The notes: generated by a model from the letters alone, not told the origin. DNA of 33,539 nucleotides from an uncultured Oscillospiraceae bacterium (GCA_964414495.1 CAYPWQ010000001.1:1-33539); one strand, 5' to 3'; shown: positions 8,426-16,206, counted from the first letter of the stretch. Numbers and translations are program-made.

Positions 8426-9493
8426 TCAGTCCGCCGCGCGGATGGCCCAGCGGAGCTTGGTAGAGCGGGCGCGGCTGTTGCGGGCGCACTCCTCCGCCGT
8501 GGGACGGATGACCTCCTCCGCCGCGTCGCTGTACAGTCCCTCGCGGCGGTGGAGACGGAAATACTGCTTGACCATGCGGTCCTCGCCGGAATGGAAGGTG
8601 AGGATGGCCACGCGGCCGCCGGGGGCCAGCACCGCCGGCAGCTTGGAGAGGAAGGCGTCCAGCACCTCGAACTCACTGTTCACGTCGATGCGGATGGCCT
8701 GCGCCGTGCGCTGGCAGGATTTTTTCACGGCCTCCTTCCGCTCGCTCTCCGGCAGGAAGGACAGCGCCTCCGCCACGCAGTCGCGCAGCTGGAGCGTGGT
8801 CTCCAGCGGGCGGCGCTTCCGCCGCCACTGCATCATCACCGCGGCGATGCGGTCGGCGTAGGGCTCGTCCGCGTTTTCCCGCAGCATCCCCTCGATCTCG
8901 TCGCGGCTCAGCTGCTTCAGCCGTTCGCTGGCGGGGATGCCGGCCAGAGGATTCAGCCGCAGATCCAGCGGGCCCTCGGCCTTGAAGGTGAAGCCCCGCT
9001 CCGGGTTGTCGATCTGCATGGAGCTGACGCCGAGGTCGGCCAGAATGAAGTCGAATTTCCGCCCGGTCTCCGCGGCCACACGGTCGATCTCCGCAAAGTT
9101 CTGCAGCCGCACGGTGAGGATATCCTCGCCGTAGCCCGCGGCGGAAAGGCGGGCCTTCGTCTTGGCGGACTCGATGGGGTCCACGTCCAGCGCGTAGAGA
9201 TGGCCCTGCCCATGCAGCTGCTCCAGCATGGCCCTGGTGTGCCCGCCGTAGCCGAGGGTGGCGTCCAGTCCGATCTCGCCGGGGCGGATGCGCAGCAGAT
9301 CGAGGATCTCCTGCACCATGATGGAAATGTGCATCCCCGCAGGGGTGGCGCCGCGGGAGATGACGTGGGCCACGTCCTCGGCGTATCTTTCGGGATCCAG
9401 CTCCTTGTATTTTTCGTGAAAGTGCTTGGGATGGGTGCCGGAATAGCGGACGCGGCGGCGATGGGGCGCGTCCTTCTTTTCGGTGCTGTCCAT
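8426..9493 (-). CDS. RsmH/MraW-family SAM-dependent methyltransferase (16S rRNA m4C1402-type fold) with about 50-aa basic N-terminal extension
   Basis: HISIMVQEILDLL, DATLGYGGHT, ADLGVSSMQID, RGFTF, AIRIDVNSEF, TFHSGEDRMVK and NSRARSTKLR follow the RsmH motif order. AAGGAGG lies 5 nt upstream of the ATG at 9493. No mraZ, ftsL or pbp genes are nearby. Confidence 0.82.
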   Translation of the reverse strand: MDSTEKKDAPHRRRVRYSGTHPKHFHEKYKELDPERYAEDVAHVISRGATPAGMHISIMVQEILDLLRIRPGEIGLDATLGYGGHTRAMLEQLHGQGHLYALDVDPIESAKTKARLSAAGYGEDILTVRLQNFAEIDRVAAETGRKFDFILADLGVSSMQIDNPERGFTFKAEGPLDLRLNPLAGIPASERLKQLSRDEIEGMLRENADEPYADRIAAVMMQWRRKRRPLETTLQLRDCVAEALSFLPESERKEAVKKSCQRTAQAIRIDVNSEFEVLDAFLSKLPAVLAPGGRVAILTFHSGEDRMVKQYFRLHRREGLYSDAAEEVIRPTAEECARNSRARSTKLRWAIRAAD

Positions 9494-9511
9494 GGGGGCC
9501 TCCTTCTGCGG

Positions 9512-9530
9512 AAATGGATTTTCTCCATTT
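9512..9530. promoter_or_regulatory. 7-5-7 inverted repeat AAATGGA-TTTTC-TCCATTT in the rsmH-like / XRE divergent region
   Basis: Read directly from the sequence. It sits 8-27 nt upstream of the rsmH-like SD, read on the minus strand. It could be an operator or a 5'-UTR hairpin. Confidence 0.35.
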
Positions 9531-9668
9531 TACGCTATCCGGCCCGCCGGGGCAAGGGGAAATGGCGGGCGGCAGGCGCTTTTTGCGGGAAAACGGGCCG
9601 TGTCAAAGAGTTTTGATGGACAAGGGAGACGGTTTCGGGCTATGATGGAGCCAAAGGGAGGGATCGCC

Positions 9669-10313
9669 ATGGACATCGGAGAAAAGCTGCGGCAGGCGCG
9701 GCAGGCCGCGGCGCTGACGCAGGAGCAGGCGGCGGAGGCGCTGCATGTGAGCCGTCAGACCATATCCAACTGGGAGACCGGCAAGACCTGGCCTGACATC
9801 GTGAGCGTGGTGCGCATGAGCGAGCTCTACGCCGTGAGCCTTGACCGTCTGCTGAAGGGCGAGGAGGAGCCCGTGTCGGCCTATGTCGATTATCTCGGCG
9901 AGAGCGCCGATGCTGCCCGCAGCCGGGAAAAGCTGGCGCGGGTGATCCTCTGGGCGCTGTATGGCGCGGTCTGGGCAGGGTCGCTGCTGGTGTTCTGGTT
10001 CGGCACGGATCCCGGCGATGCCATGGGCTATTCGCTGGCCGTGCTCTGGCTGCTGCTGCCGCTGGCAACGCTGATCGTCTCCTTCTTCCTCGGCCGCTGG
10101 GAGCATACGGGGCGGAGCCGCTGGCTCGCGCCGCCGCTGCTGGGCCTCGGCTACATGCTGGCGGAATACGGCAGCTTCAGCGCGGCGAATATGGCGGCCT
10201 TCCACAAGTGGAACGCGCCGCAGTGGGGGATGCTCTTCGCGGGAGCGCTCCTCTCCCTCGTGGGACTCGCCGCGGGGACGGCGCTGCGGCGCCGGCGCGA
10301 AAAAAAGAAATGA
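9669..10313 (+). CDS. Membrane-anchored XRE-family HTH transcriptional regulator
   Basis: Start at 9669 with GGGAGGG 5 nt upstream. The N-terminus MDIGEKLRQARQAAALTQEQAAEALHVSRQTISNWETGK is a classic HTH_3 domain. The C-terminal half contains about 4 hydrophobic helices (e.g. VILWALYGAVWAGSLLVFWF, LAVLWLLLPLATLIVSFFL). Confidence 0.85.
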   Translation: MDIGEKLRQARQAAALTQEQAAEALHVSRQTISNWETGKTWPDIVSVVRMSELYAVSLDRLLKGEEEPVSAYVDYLGESADAARSREKLARVILWALYGAVWAGSLLVFWFGTDPGDAMGYSLAVLWLLLPLATLIVSFFLGRWEHTGRSRWLAPPLLGLGYMLAEYGSFSAANMAAFHKWNAPQWGMLFAGALLSLVGLAAGTALRRRREKKK

Positions 10314-10322
10314 ACGGCTCTG

Positions 10323-10368
10323 CCGCGGCGGTTTTCCGGAGTTTCCGGGCCGCCGCGGTTGCTTTTCC
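10323..10368 (+). terminator. Rho-independent terminator after the XRE gene
   Basis: CCGCGGCGG (10323-10331) pairs with CCGCCGCGG (10350-10358). It is followed by TTGCTTTTCC. Confidence 0.65.
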
Positions 10369-10422
10369 GGGGAAAGACGTGTAAACTGGGATGGATATGA
10401 AACAAAAGGAGCGTTTTTCCCT

Positions 10423-10938
10423 ATGGTAACTGTCCTGTTTGCCTGCGCTGCCGCCGCGCTGGTGGCGCTGGATCAGTGGGTGAAGGTCTGGGCCTCGGCT
10501 CACCTGACCCTGGGCGGCGAGACCCTGCCCCTGCTGGGTCAGCTGCTGGGCCTGCGGCTCACCCATAATTACGGCGCGGCCTGGAGCAGCTTTTCCGGTC
10601 AGCGGCTGCTGCTCATCGTTCTGCCCGCCGTCATCGTGCTGGCGGCGCTGATCCTGCTGCTCCGCCGCCGGGTGCGGCATCCCCTGGGGCTTGGCGCACT
10701 GTTTCTGGTGATGGCCGGCGGCGTGGGCAATCTCATCGACCGGGTATTTGCGGGGTATGTGGTGGACATGCTGTACTTCCCCTTCTGGACGAGCTACCCC
10801 ACCTTCAATGTGGCGGATGTCTGCATCGTGGCAGGAGCCATTCTGGGCAGCATTTACTACCTCTGGTTCTATGACAGATACGACGCGCCGAAAAAGGAGG
10901 ACGATCATGGAGACCATCCTGCTCACGGCGGAAACTGA
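10423..10938 (+). CDS. lspA: Lipoprotein signal peptidase (signal peptidase II)
   Basis: 171 aa with NYGAAWS, GGVGNLIDR and FNVADVCI motifs and multiple TM segments. Confidence 0.9.
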   Translation: MVTVLFACAAAALVALDQWVKVWASAHLTLGGETLPLLGQLLGLRLTHNYGAAWSSFSGQRLLLIVLPAVIVLAALILLLRRRVRHPLGLGALFLVMAGGVGNLIDRVFAGYVVDMLYFPFWTSYPTFNVADVCIVAGAILGSIYYLWFYDRYDAPKKEDDHGDHPAHGGN

Positions 10939-11833
10939 GGATGCGGGCCGCCGGCTGGATGCCTTTCTTGCAGAGGAGTGCGAGGGGCTGAGCCGCAGCG
11001 CCGCCCAGCGTCTCATTGCGGAGGGACGGGTGCTCCTTGCGGGCGTGAGCGTGTCGAAGAGCCGGAAGATCGCGGCGGGAGAATGCTATGCCGTGCTGCT
11101 GCCGGACACGCCGGAGGAGACGGAGGCGCAGCCCCAGGACATCCCCCTCGACGTGGTGTTCGAGGATGGGGATGTGATCGTGGTGAACAAGCCCGTGGGC
11201 ATGGTGGTGCATCCCGCGCCGGGACATCCGGACGGGACTCTCGTGAACGCGCTGCTCTATCACTGCGCGGGGACGCTCTCCGGCGTGGGCGGGGCGCTGC
11301 GCCCCGGCATCGTCCACCGCATCGATCGGGACACCAGCGGCCTCATCATCGCGGCAAAGAACGACTTTGCCCACCGCGCTCTCGCGGCGCAGTTACAGGA
11401 TCACAGTCTGGCCCGCACCTACGAGTGCATCGCCGTGGGCAATTTCCGGGAGGACAGCGGCACCGTGGACGCCCCCATCGGGCGGCACCCCACCGACCGC
11501 AAGCGCATGACCGTAACGGAAAAGGGCGGCCGCCGCGCCGTGACCCACTGGGAGGTGCTGGAGCGCTTCGGGGGCTATACCCACCTGCGCTGCCGTCTGG
11601 AGACCGGGCGTACCCACCAGATCCGCGTACATCTGGCCTCGCTGGGCCATCCCATCTGGGGCGACACGGTGTACGGCGCGAAAAAGCCGGTGCCGGGGCT
11701 GACCGGTCAGTGTCTCCACGCGGTGGGGCTGACCTTCCGCCATCCCCGGACGGAGGAGACCGTGACCCTCTCCTGCCCGCTGCCGGAGGAATTTGCGGAG
11801 GCGCTGCGGAAGCTGCGGGGCAGGGCGCAGTGA
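10907..11833 (+). CDS. rluD: RluA-family 23S rRNA pseudouridine synthase (RluD type)
   Basis: Start at METILL (10907) with AAGGAGG at 10894-10900. S4-like N-terminus (RLDAFL), catalytic HRIDRDTSGL, THQIRVH. It overlaps the lspA 3' end by 32 nt. lspA-rluD adjacency is classical in Firmicutes. Confidence 0.9.
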   Translation: METILLTAETEDAGRRLDAFLAEECEGLSRSAAQRLIAEGRVLLAGVSVSKSRKIAAGECYAVLLPDTPEETEAQPQDIPLDVVFEDGDVIVVNKPVGMVVHPAPGHPDGTLVNALLYHCAGTLSGVGGALRPGIVHRIDRDTSGLIIAAKNDFAHRALAAQLQDHSLARTYECIAVGNFREDSGTVDAPIGRHPTDRKRMTVTEKGGRRAVTHWEVLERFGGYTHLRCRLETGRTHQIRVHLASLGHPIWGDTVYGAKKPVPGLTGQCLHAVGLTFRHPRTEETVTLSCPLPEEFAEALRKLRGRAQ

Positions 11834-11852
11834 CGGAAATACAGAATAGGAA

Positions 11853-11888
11853 CAGGAGCCGTCCCGGCTTTGCCGGGGCGGCTCCTGC
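11853..11888. terminator. GC-rich hairpin terminator between convergent rluD and DUF885 genes
   Basis: CAGGAGCCGTCCCGGC (11853-11868) pairs with GCCGGGGCGGCTCCTG (11872-11888 region) with a TTT loop. The T-rich tail is on the minus-strand side (TGTTCCTATTCTGTATTTCC). Confidence 0.65.
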
Positions 11889-11893
11889 TGCGT

Positions 11894-13564
11894 TCAGGCT
11901 TTTGCGGTCTTGATGTAGTGATCCGCGATCTTTTCCAGCACGTTCAGGGGCGCGGAGCCGTAGCGCAGCACCTCGTCGTGATAGGCGCGGATGTCGAAGC
12001 GGTCGCCCAGCGCCGTCTCCGCCTTCCGCCGCAGTTCGTGCATTTTGAGACTGCCGAATTTATAGGCCAGCGCCTGCGCGGGCATATCCACGGAGTAGCG
12101 CAGAGTCTCGGTGAAGATCTCGCTGTCGGTGAGGATGGTGTTTTCGCGCAGGAAGGCCCGGGCCCGCCCGATATCCCAGCCCAGCGCGTTGAGCCCCGTG
12201 TCCACCACGAGACGGCAGCAGAGCACCATATCCCAGACATAGCGGCCATAGAGGTCATAGAGGTCGTAAGCGCCCATTTCGCCGGCCAGATCCGCGGAGT
12301 ATTCGGCCCAGCCGTCGGCATAGGCGGTGTTGAAATGCTGCTGGCTGATCTCGGGCAGACTGTCGTCCTCAGAGAGGAGGCAGGTCTGGAAATGATGTCC
12401 GGGCAGCAGCTCGTGCGCCACGATGGCGGCGGTGCGGATCTGGGAGCGGGTGTCCAGCTCTGCGGCGCTGTACCAGAAAACGCCCTCCTTCTCCGCGCCG
12501 ATGGGAACGGAGTAATAGCCCCAGGAGGTGGTCTTTTCCTTGGCGGCGGGCAGCCGCTGGGAGCGGCAGCGGGCCTTGGGGCAGCGGAGGAAGAAGTCAG
12601 AGAGGCGCGGCTCGATGCGGCCCTGCGCCGCGTCAAAGCGCTGCTGGAGCTGCGCGGGGGTGTCGTCAAAGCAGATGCGCTTTTCCTGCAGCAGCTGCTG
12701 GAACTCTTTCAGATCCATGTCATAGCCCAGCTCGCGGATGATGGCGCGCATTTTCTCCCGCGTGACCTCCAGCTCCCGCAGGCCGATGGCGTGCAGCTCC
12801 TCCGGCTCCAGGGCATAGGAGGTGTAGGTGATGATCTGCTGACGGTAATATTCCAGACCGCCCTTCATATGGCAGAGCCCCGGAATGGCGGCAACGCCGG
12901 CGGCGTTGTACTCCTCACGCAGATAGCGGAGCAGCTGACGGAGGCTCTCATTCAGAGCATCCACGGCGGCGTTGATGCGGTGCGTCTCCTCCTGAGAGAA
13001 GGTCAGGGTCACGTCGGCGCGCTTCCAGGGGCGCAGCAGACTGTCCTCGCCCTGGAACAGGCTCTCGATCAGGTGGAGGCAGATCTCCAGCTGCTCTGCC
13101 GGAAGGAGGATGCCCATGGCCTCCTGACGGCGCAGCTTGTCCGCCATGCCGCGGAGCTTTTCCGGGAACTGCTCCAGCAGGGAGATGTAAAAAGTTAAAT
13201 TATTTTTGCTTTTTAATAAAAAGGTTTCCAGCCGTTTCACCACATACGGCAAGGGGGTCGTGTTGTGAGTGATATTAAATTTATACCAAAAATATTCACT
13301 GTTGCGCAGAATATAGCGGCAGAAGTCCTCGGCGATGTCCAGCTCGATCTCCTCTTCCCAGCTCAGATCGGCCTGGGCGCGCCAGAGCTCAATCTGATGG
13401 AGCAGGGCGCGGCTCTCCTCGCCGTTGCGCTGTGCGCGCTCCTCAGAGAGGTCGAACAGCGTGTCGTCGCGGAAGTCGCTCTTGATAAAGCTGCTGAAGT
13501 CATTGATATGAATACTGTGATAGTACTGGTCCAGCCGGCTGCGGAACTCGCTTCGGATCTGCAT
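11894..13564 (-). CDS. DUF885-family putative zinc metallohydrolase
   Basis: Start at MQIRSEF (13564) with GGAGG 7 nt upstream; the track's 82 extra N-terminal codons run through the promoter region. AHELLPGHHFQ and YADGWAEYSADL match the DUF885 HExxPGHH / EGWA-type motifs. Confidence 0.82.
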   Translation of the reverse strand: MQIRSEFRSRLDQYYHSIHINDFSSFIKSDFRDDTLFDLSEERAQRNGEESRALLHQIELWRAQADLSWEEEIELDIAEDFCRYILRNSEYFWYKFNITHNTTPLPYVVKRLETFLLKSKNNLTFYISLLEQFPEKLRGMADKLRRQEAMGILLPAEQLEICLHLIESLFQGEDSLLRPWKRADVTLTFSQEETHRINAAVDALNESLRQLLRYLREEYNAAGVAAIPGLCHMKGGLEYYRQQIITYTSYALEPEELHAIGLRELEVTREKMRAIIRELGYDMDLKEFQQLLQEKRICFDDTPAQLQQRFDAAQGRIEPRLSDFFLRCPKARCRSQRLPAAKEKTTSWGYYSVPIGAEKEGVFWYSAAELDTRSQIRTAAIVAHELLPGHHFQTCLLSEDDSLPEISQQHFNTAYADGWAEYSADLAGEMGAYDLYDLYGRYVWDMVLCCRLVVDTGLNALGWDIGRARAFLRENTILTDSEIFTETLRYSVDMPAQALAYKFGSLKMHELRRKAETALGDRFDIRAYHDEVLRYGSAPLNVLEKIADHYIKTAKA

Positions 13565-13615
13565 GGGAAGGCCTCCGTTTCTCAGATTTCCGCCTGCACA
13601 GGCGGCGATGCTCCT

Positions 13616-13645
13616 GTTGTAACACAGAGAAAACGGCTTTGTCAA
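13616..13645 (-). promoter_or_regulatory. Candidate sigma-70 promoter for the DUF885 gene
   Basis: On the minus strand: perfect TTGACA (13645-13640), an 18-nt spacer, then TACAAC (13621-13616). It lies about 50 nt upstream of the ATG. Confidence 0.45.
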
Positions 13646-13769
13646 CGCTTTTGCCCGGACGGCGCGAAACGCTTGTTGCATTTTACTGAAAACCGATGTG
13701 AGGATTTGTTGAATGTGTGGAGAACTCAAAAAATCGTTAAAATAAAAACGAAAAATGAAAAAATATTTG

Positions 13770-13798
13770 TTGACTTCTGTTCGTTGCGGTGCTAAAGT
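13770..13798 (+). promoter_or_regulatory. Candidate sigma-70 promoter for the HTH-cupin regulator / transporter operon
   Basis: TTGACT (13770-13775), a 17-nt spacer, then TAAAGT (13793-13798), within the most AT-rich intergenic stretch of the window. Confidence 0.5.
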
Positions 13799-13821
13799 AC
13801 TGGTAAACAAATTGGCGATTT

Positions 13822-13837
13822 TTTCGATATATCAAAA
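13822..13837. promoter_or_regulatory. Imperfect palindrome TTTcGATATATCaAAA just downstream of the candidate promoter (possible operator)
   Basis: The core GATATATC (13826-13833) is a perfect palindrome. The flanks extend it to 14 of 16 symmetric positions. It lies about +17 to +32 relative to the predicted start site. Confidence 0.3.
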
Positions 13838-13911
13838 TTAATGTTACAAAGCTCTCCGGGGCACGGGATACGAACGGCGGAAGCAGACTCCGCCGGACAG
13901 ATAAAACTGGC

Positions 13912-13942
13912 AAGAAGGAAAGAAGGAAGGAAGGAAGAGGAA
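13912..13942 (+). repeat. 31-nt uninterrupted polypurine tract, (GGAA)-like, abutting the regulator start codon
   Basis: AAGAAGGAAAGAAGGAAGGAAGGAAGAGGAA read directly from the sequence. It provides several overlapping SD-like GGAAGG/GGAGG registers before the ATG at 13942. Confidence 0.85.
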
Positions 13943-14511
13943 TGATCCCTATGACGACCGGTGAACAGATCAAACAGCAAAGAAAGCGGATGCAGATGAC
14001 GCTGATGGACCTCAGCGCCAAGACGGGCCTTTCCGCGGGCTATCTTTCGCAGATCGAGCGCAACCAGACCACACTGACGCTGGTGTCGCTGAAAAAGATC
14101 GCGGCGGCGCTGAATATTTCTCCCAATATATTCACCACCACCGACCATCAGGCCACGGGTGCCGTCGTCCGGCAGGACGAGCAGCGGGCCTTCCGCATCG
14201 AGGGCGGCAATACCCTGTATTACGACCTGTCCAACACCTCCGACGGCACGCTGGGGCTGGGGCCCCTCATCGAGGTGCTGATGCCCGGTGAGCGGCAGGA
14301 GCAGCCCGGTTTCCATCAGCACGAGGGCGAGGAGTTCGGCTATGTGCTGGAGGGTGTGCTGACGCTCTATCTGGACGACAAGGAATACACCCTCTACCCC
14401 GGCGACAGCTTCCATTTCCGCTCCGAGCTCCCCCATGCGCTGGACAACTACACCAACCGACTGGTACGCGTGCTGTATGTGCTGCCGCGCAGCGGCTGGA
14501 CCTTTGACTGA
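13942..14511 (+). CDS. XRE-HTH + cupin transcriptional regulator (PuuR-like architecture)
   Basis: N-terminal HTH: GEQIKQQRKRMQMTLMDLSAKTGLSAGYLSQIERNQ. C-terminal cupin: GFHQHEGEEFGYVLEGVLTLYLDDKEYTLYPGDSFHF. The start could also be 13951. Confidence 0.86.
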   Translation: MIPMTTGEQIKQQRKRMQMTLMDLSAKTGLSAGYLSQIERNQTTLTLVSLKKIAAALNISPNIFTTTDHQATGAVVRQDEQRAFRIEGGNTLYYDLSNTSDGTLGLGPLIEVLMPGERQEQPGFHQHEGEEFGYVLEGVLTLYLDDKEYTLYPGDSFHFRSELPHALDNYTNRLVRVLYVLPRSGWTFD

Positions 14512-14599
14512 TCCGGCGGCGCGAGGATCCCGACTTACCTGCGGCTGCCCCGCAGCTAAGAATAAACACCTACCCAAATTTACAAAGGAGGACCCTGTG

Positions 14600-16162
14600 A
14601 TGAAAAAACTGCTTGCTCTGATCCTTGCACTCATCATGAGCCTGTCCCTTGTCGCCTGCGGCGGCGGTGGCGAAGGCGAAGGTGAGGGAGAGGGCGAGAC
14701 GACCTACAAGGACACCATCAACGTGGCCATGGACGTCGATCCCGAATCCTACAACCCCATCGTTTTTAACAATACCACGGCAGCCCGTGTGGCTCAGCTG
14801 ATCTATGACGGTCTGATCATTCTGGATGAGACCCAGACTGCGCAGCCCGCTCTGGCTGAGTCCTGGGAGTTTTCCGAGGATGGTCTGGCCTGGACCTTCC
14901 ACCTGCGCAGCGGCGTGAAGTTCCATGACGGGTCCGACTGTACCTCTGCCGATGTCAAGTACACCTTTGACGAGATGCTGAAGGAAGAGAACAACTCTCC
15001 CTACCGCTCCCGCTACACCAGCGTGGAGTCTGTGGAAGCCCCCGATGACAACACCGTGGTGTTCCACCTGGCTACCCCCAATGCGCCCATGATGGTCTAC
15101 ATGGATCTGGGCATCATTCCCGAGGGCGCCATGGATGTGGCGGGCTTCGGCACCGCTCCCGTGGGTACCGGCCCCTACACCGTTGTCAGCTATGAGCTGA
15201 ACAGCAAGACCGTTCTGAAGGCCAACCCCGACTACTGGAGAGGCACCCCCGCCACCGAGAACCTCATCATCCACGTCATCAACGACAACTCCACCCGTCT
15301 GGCCGCTGTGGAATCCGGCGATGTGGACTTTGTCCATTCTCCTCTGACCGCCTCTGACCTGACTCTGGTGGAGGGCAATGACAGCCTGGTCATGACCAAG
15401 GTCCCCGGCCTGGGCTTCACCTATCTGGGCCTGAACGTGAACGATCCCATCACCGGTGATCTGGCCGTTCGTCAGGCGATCGCCTACATGACCGACAAGG
15501 AGAGCATCTCCAACGTCATTTACAGCAACATGGACACCCCCGCCGTGACGCCCATCCTGACCTCCTCCTGGGCGGCAGAGGGTCTGACCTGCTATGAATA
15601 CAGCCCCGAAAAGGCTGAGGCCGTTCTGGACGAGGCCGGCTGGGTGGACTCCGACGGCGACGGCATCCGCGAGAAGGATGGCCAGAAGCTGGCCTTCACC
15701 CTGGCTACCCACACCGACGATACCTCCCGCTTCCAGGTGCTGGAGTTCATGCAGAACCAGCTCAAGGGCATCGGCATGGACGTGAGCGTGTCCACCACTG
15801 AGTGGGCCACCTTCTCCGCCGACATGACCAACCAGAAGCACCAGGCCTGGGTCGCCGGCTGGGTGAACGTCACCGATCCCGACAAGATGTTCGGCATGTT
15901 CCACAGCGAGGGCGGCAACAACTTCGGCGGCTACAACGACCCCGAGGTGGACGCAGCGCTGGAGCTGGGCCGTCAGAGCGGCGATCAGGCCGTCCGCAAG
16001 GAAGCCTATCAGACCGTCGGCCGGATCGTGACGGACGATGTCTGGTACATCAACCTGGTGGAGCAGGCCTATGTCTGCATCACCACCGCCAAGATGGAGG
16101 GCTACACCATCAATCCCTCCGGCAGCGTGTTCGCCCTCTGGCAGGCCCGCGTGGCCGAATGA
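14600..16162 (+). CDS. ABC transporter substrate-binding lipoprotein, family 5
   Basis: Start at MKKLLALILAL (14600) with AAGGAGG at 14585-14591. Lipobox LVAC, then a GGGGEGEGEGEGE linker. SBP5-like body includes AESWEFSEDGLAWTFHLRSGVKFHDGS. The track's upstream extension (14435) overlaps the regulator gene. Confidence 0.9.
   Translation: MKKLLALILALIMSLSLVACGGGGEGEGEGEGETTYKDTINVAMDVDPESYNPIVFNNTTAARVAQLIYDGLIILDETQTAQPALAESWEFSEDGLAWTFHLRSGVKFHDGSDCTSADVKYTFDEMLKEENNSPYRSRYTSVESVEAPDDNTVVFHLATPNAPMMVYMDLGIIPEGAMDVAGFGTAPVGTGPYTVVSYELNSKTVLKANPDYWRGTPATENLIIHVINDNSTRLAAVESGDVDFVHSPLTASDLTLVEGNDSLVMTKVPGLGFTYLGLNVNDPITGDLAVRQAIAYMTDKESISNVIYSNMDTPAVTPILTSSWAAEGLTCYEYSPEKAEAVLDEAGWVDSDGDGIREKDGQKLAFTLATHTDDTSRFQVLEFMQNQLKGIGMDVSVSTTEWATFSADMTNQKHQAWVAGWVNVTDPDKMFGMFHSEGGNNFGGYNDPEVDAALELGRQSGDQAVRKEAYQTVGRIVTDDVWYINLVEQAYVCITTAKMEGYTINPSGSVFALWQARVAE
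14669..14698 (+). repeat. Five tandem GGNGAR hexamers encoding (Gly-Glu)5
   Basis: GGCGAA GGCGAA GGTGAG GGAGAG GGCGAG read directly from the sequence, in the post-lipobox linker. Confidence 0.85.
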
Positions 16163-16206
16163 CCGGACGGAACCGCTCCTTCGGATTCCGTAACTACTGA
16201 CCAGCG

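Noticed and set aside
13737-14021. A 94-aa minus-strand ORF, and the plus-strand ORF 13265..13795, in the divergent control region.
   Set aside because: Both run through promoter or AT-rich sequence and overlap the starts of real genes. Their translations are hydrophobic and low-complexity with no SD. They are most likely non-coding.
8393-14599. N-terminal extensions in the ORF track: 8410 (lipoprotein), 9483 (XRE), 10748 (rluD), 13810 (DUF885), 14435 (second SBP).
   Set aside because: In each case an internal ATG has a strong GGAGG-type SD at proper spacing and yields the family-typical N-terminus or signal peptide. The extensions overlap upstream genes or promoters.
14512-14599. A possible internal promoter (TTACCT-16-TAAGAA) and a 6-bp hairpin CTGCGG/CCGCAG between the regulator gene and the second SBP gene.
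   Set aside because: Both hexamers are poor and the hairpin is short with no U-tail. I cannot tell whether the regulator is co-transcribed with the transporter or separate from it.
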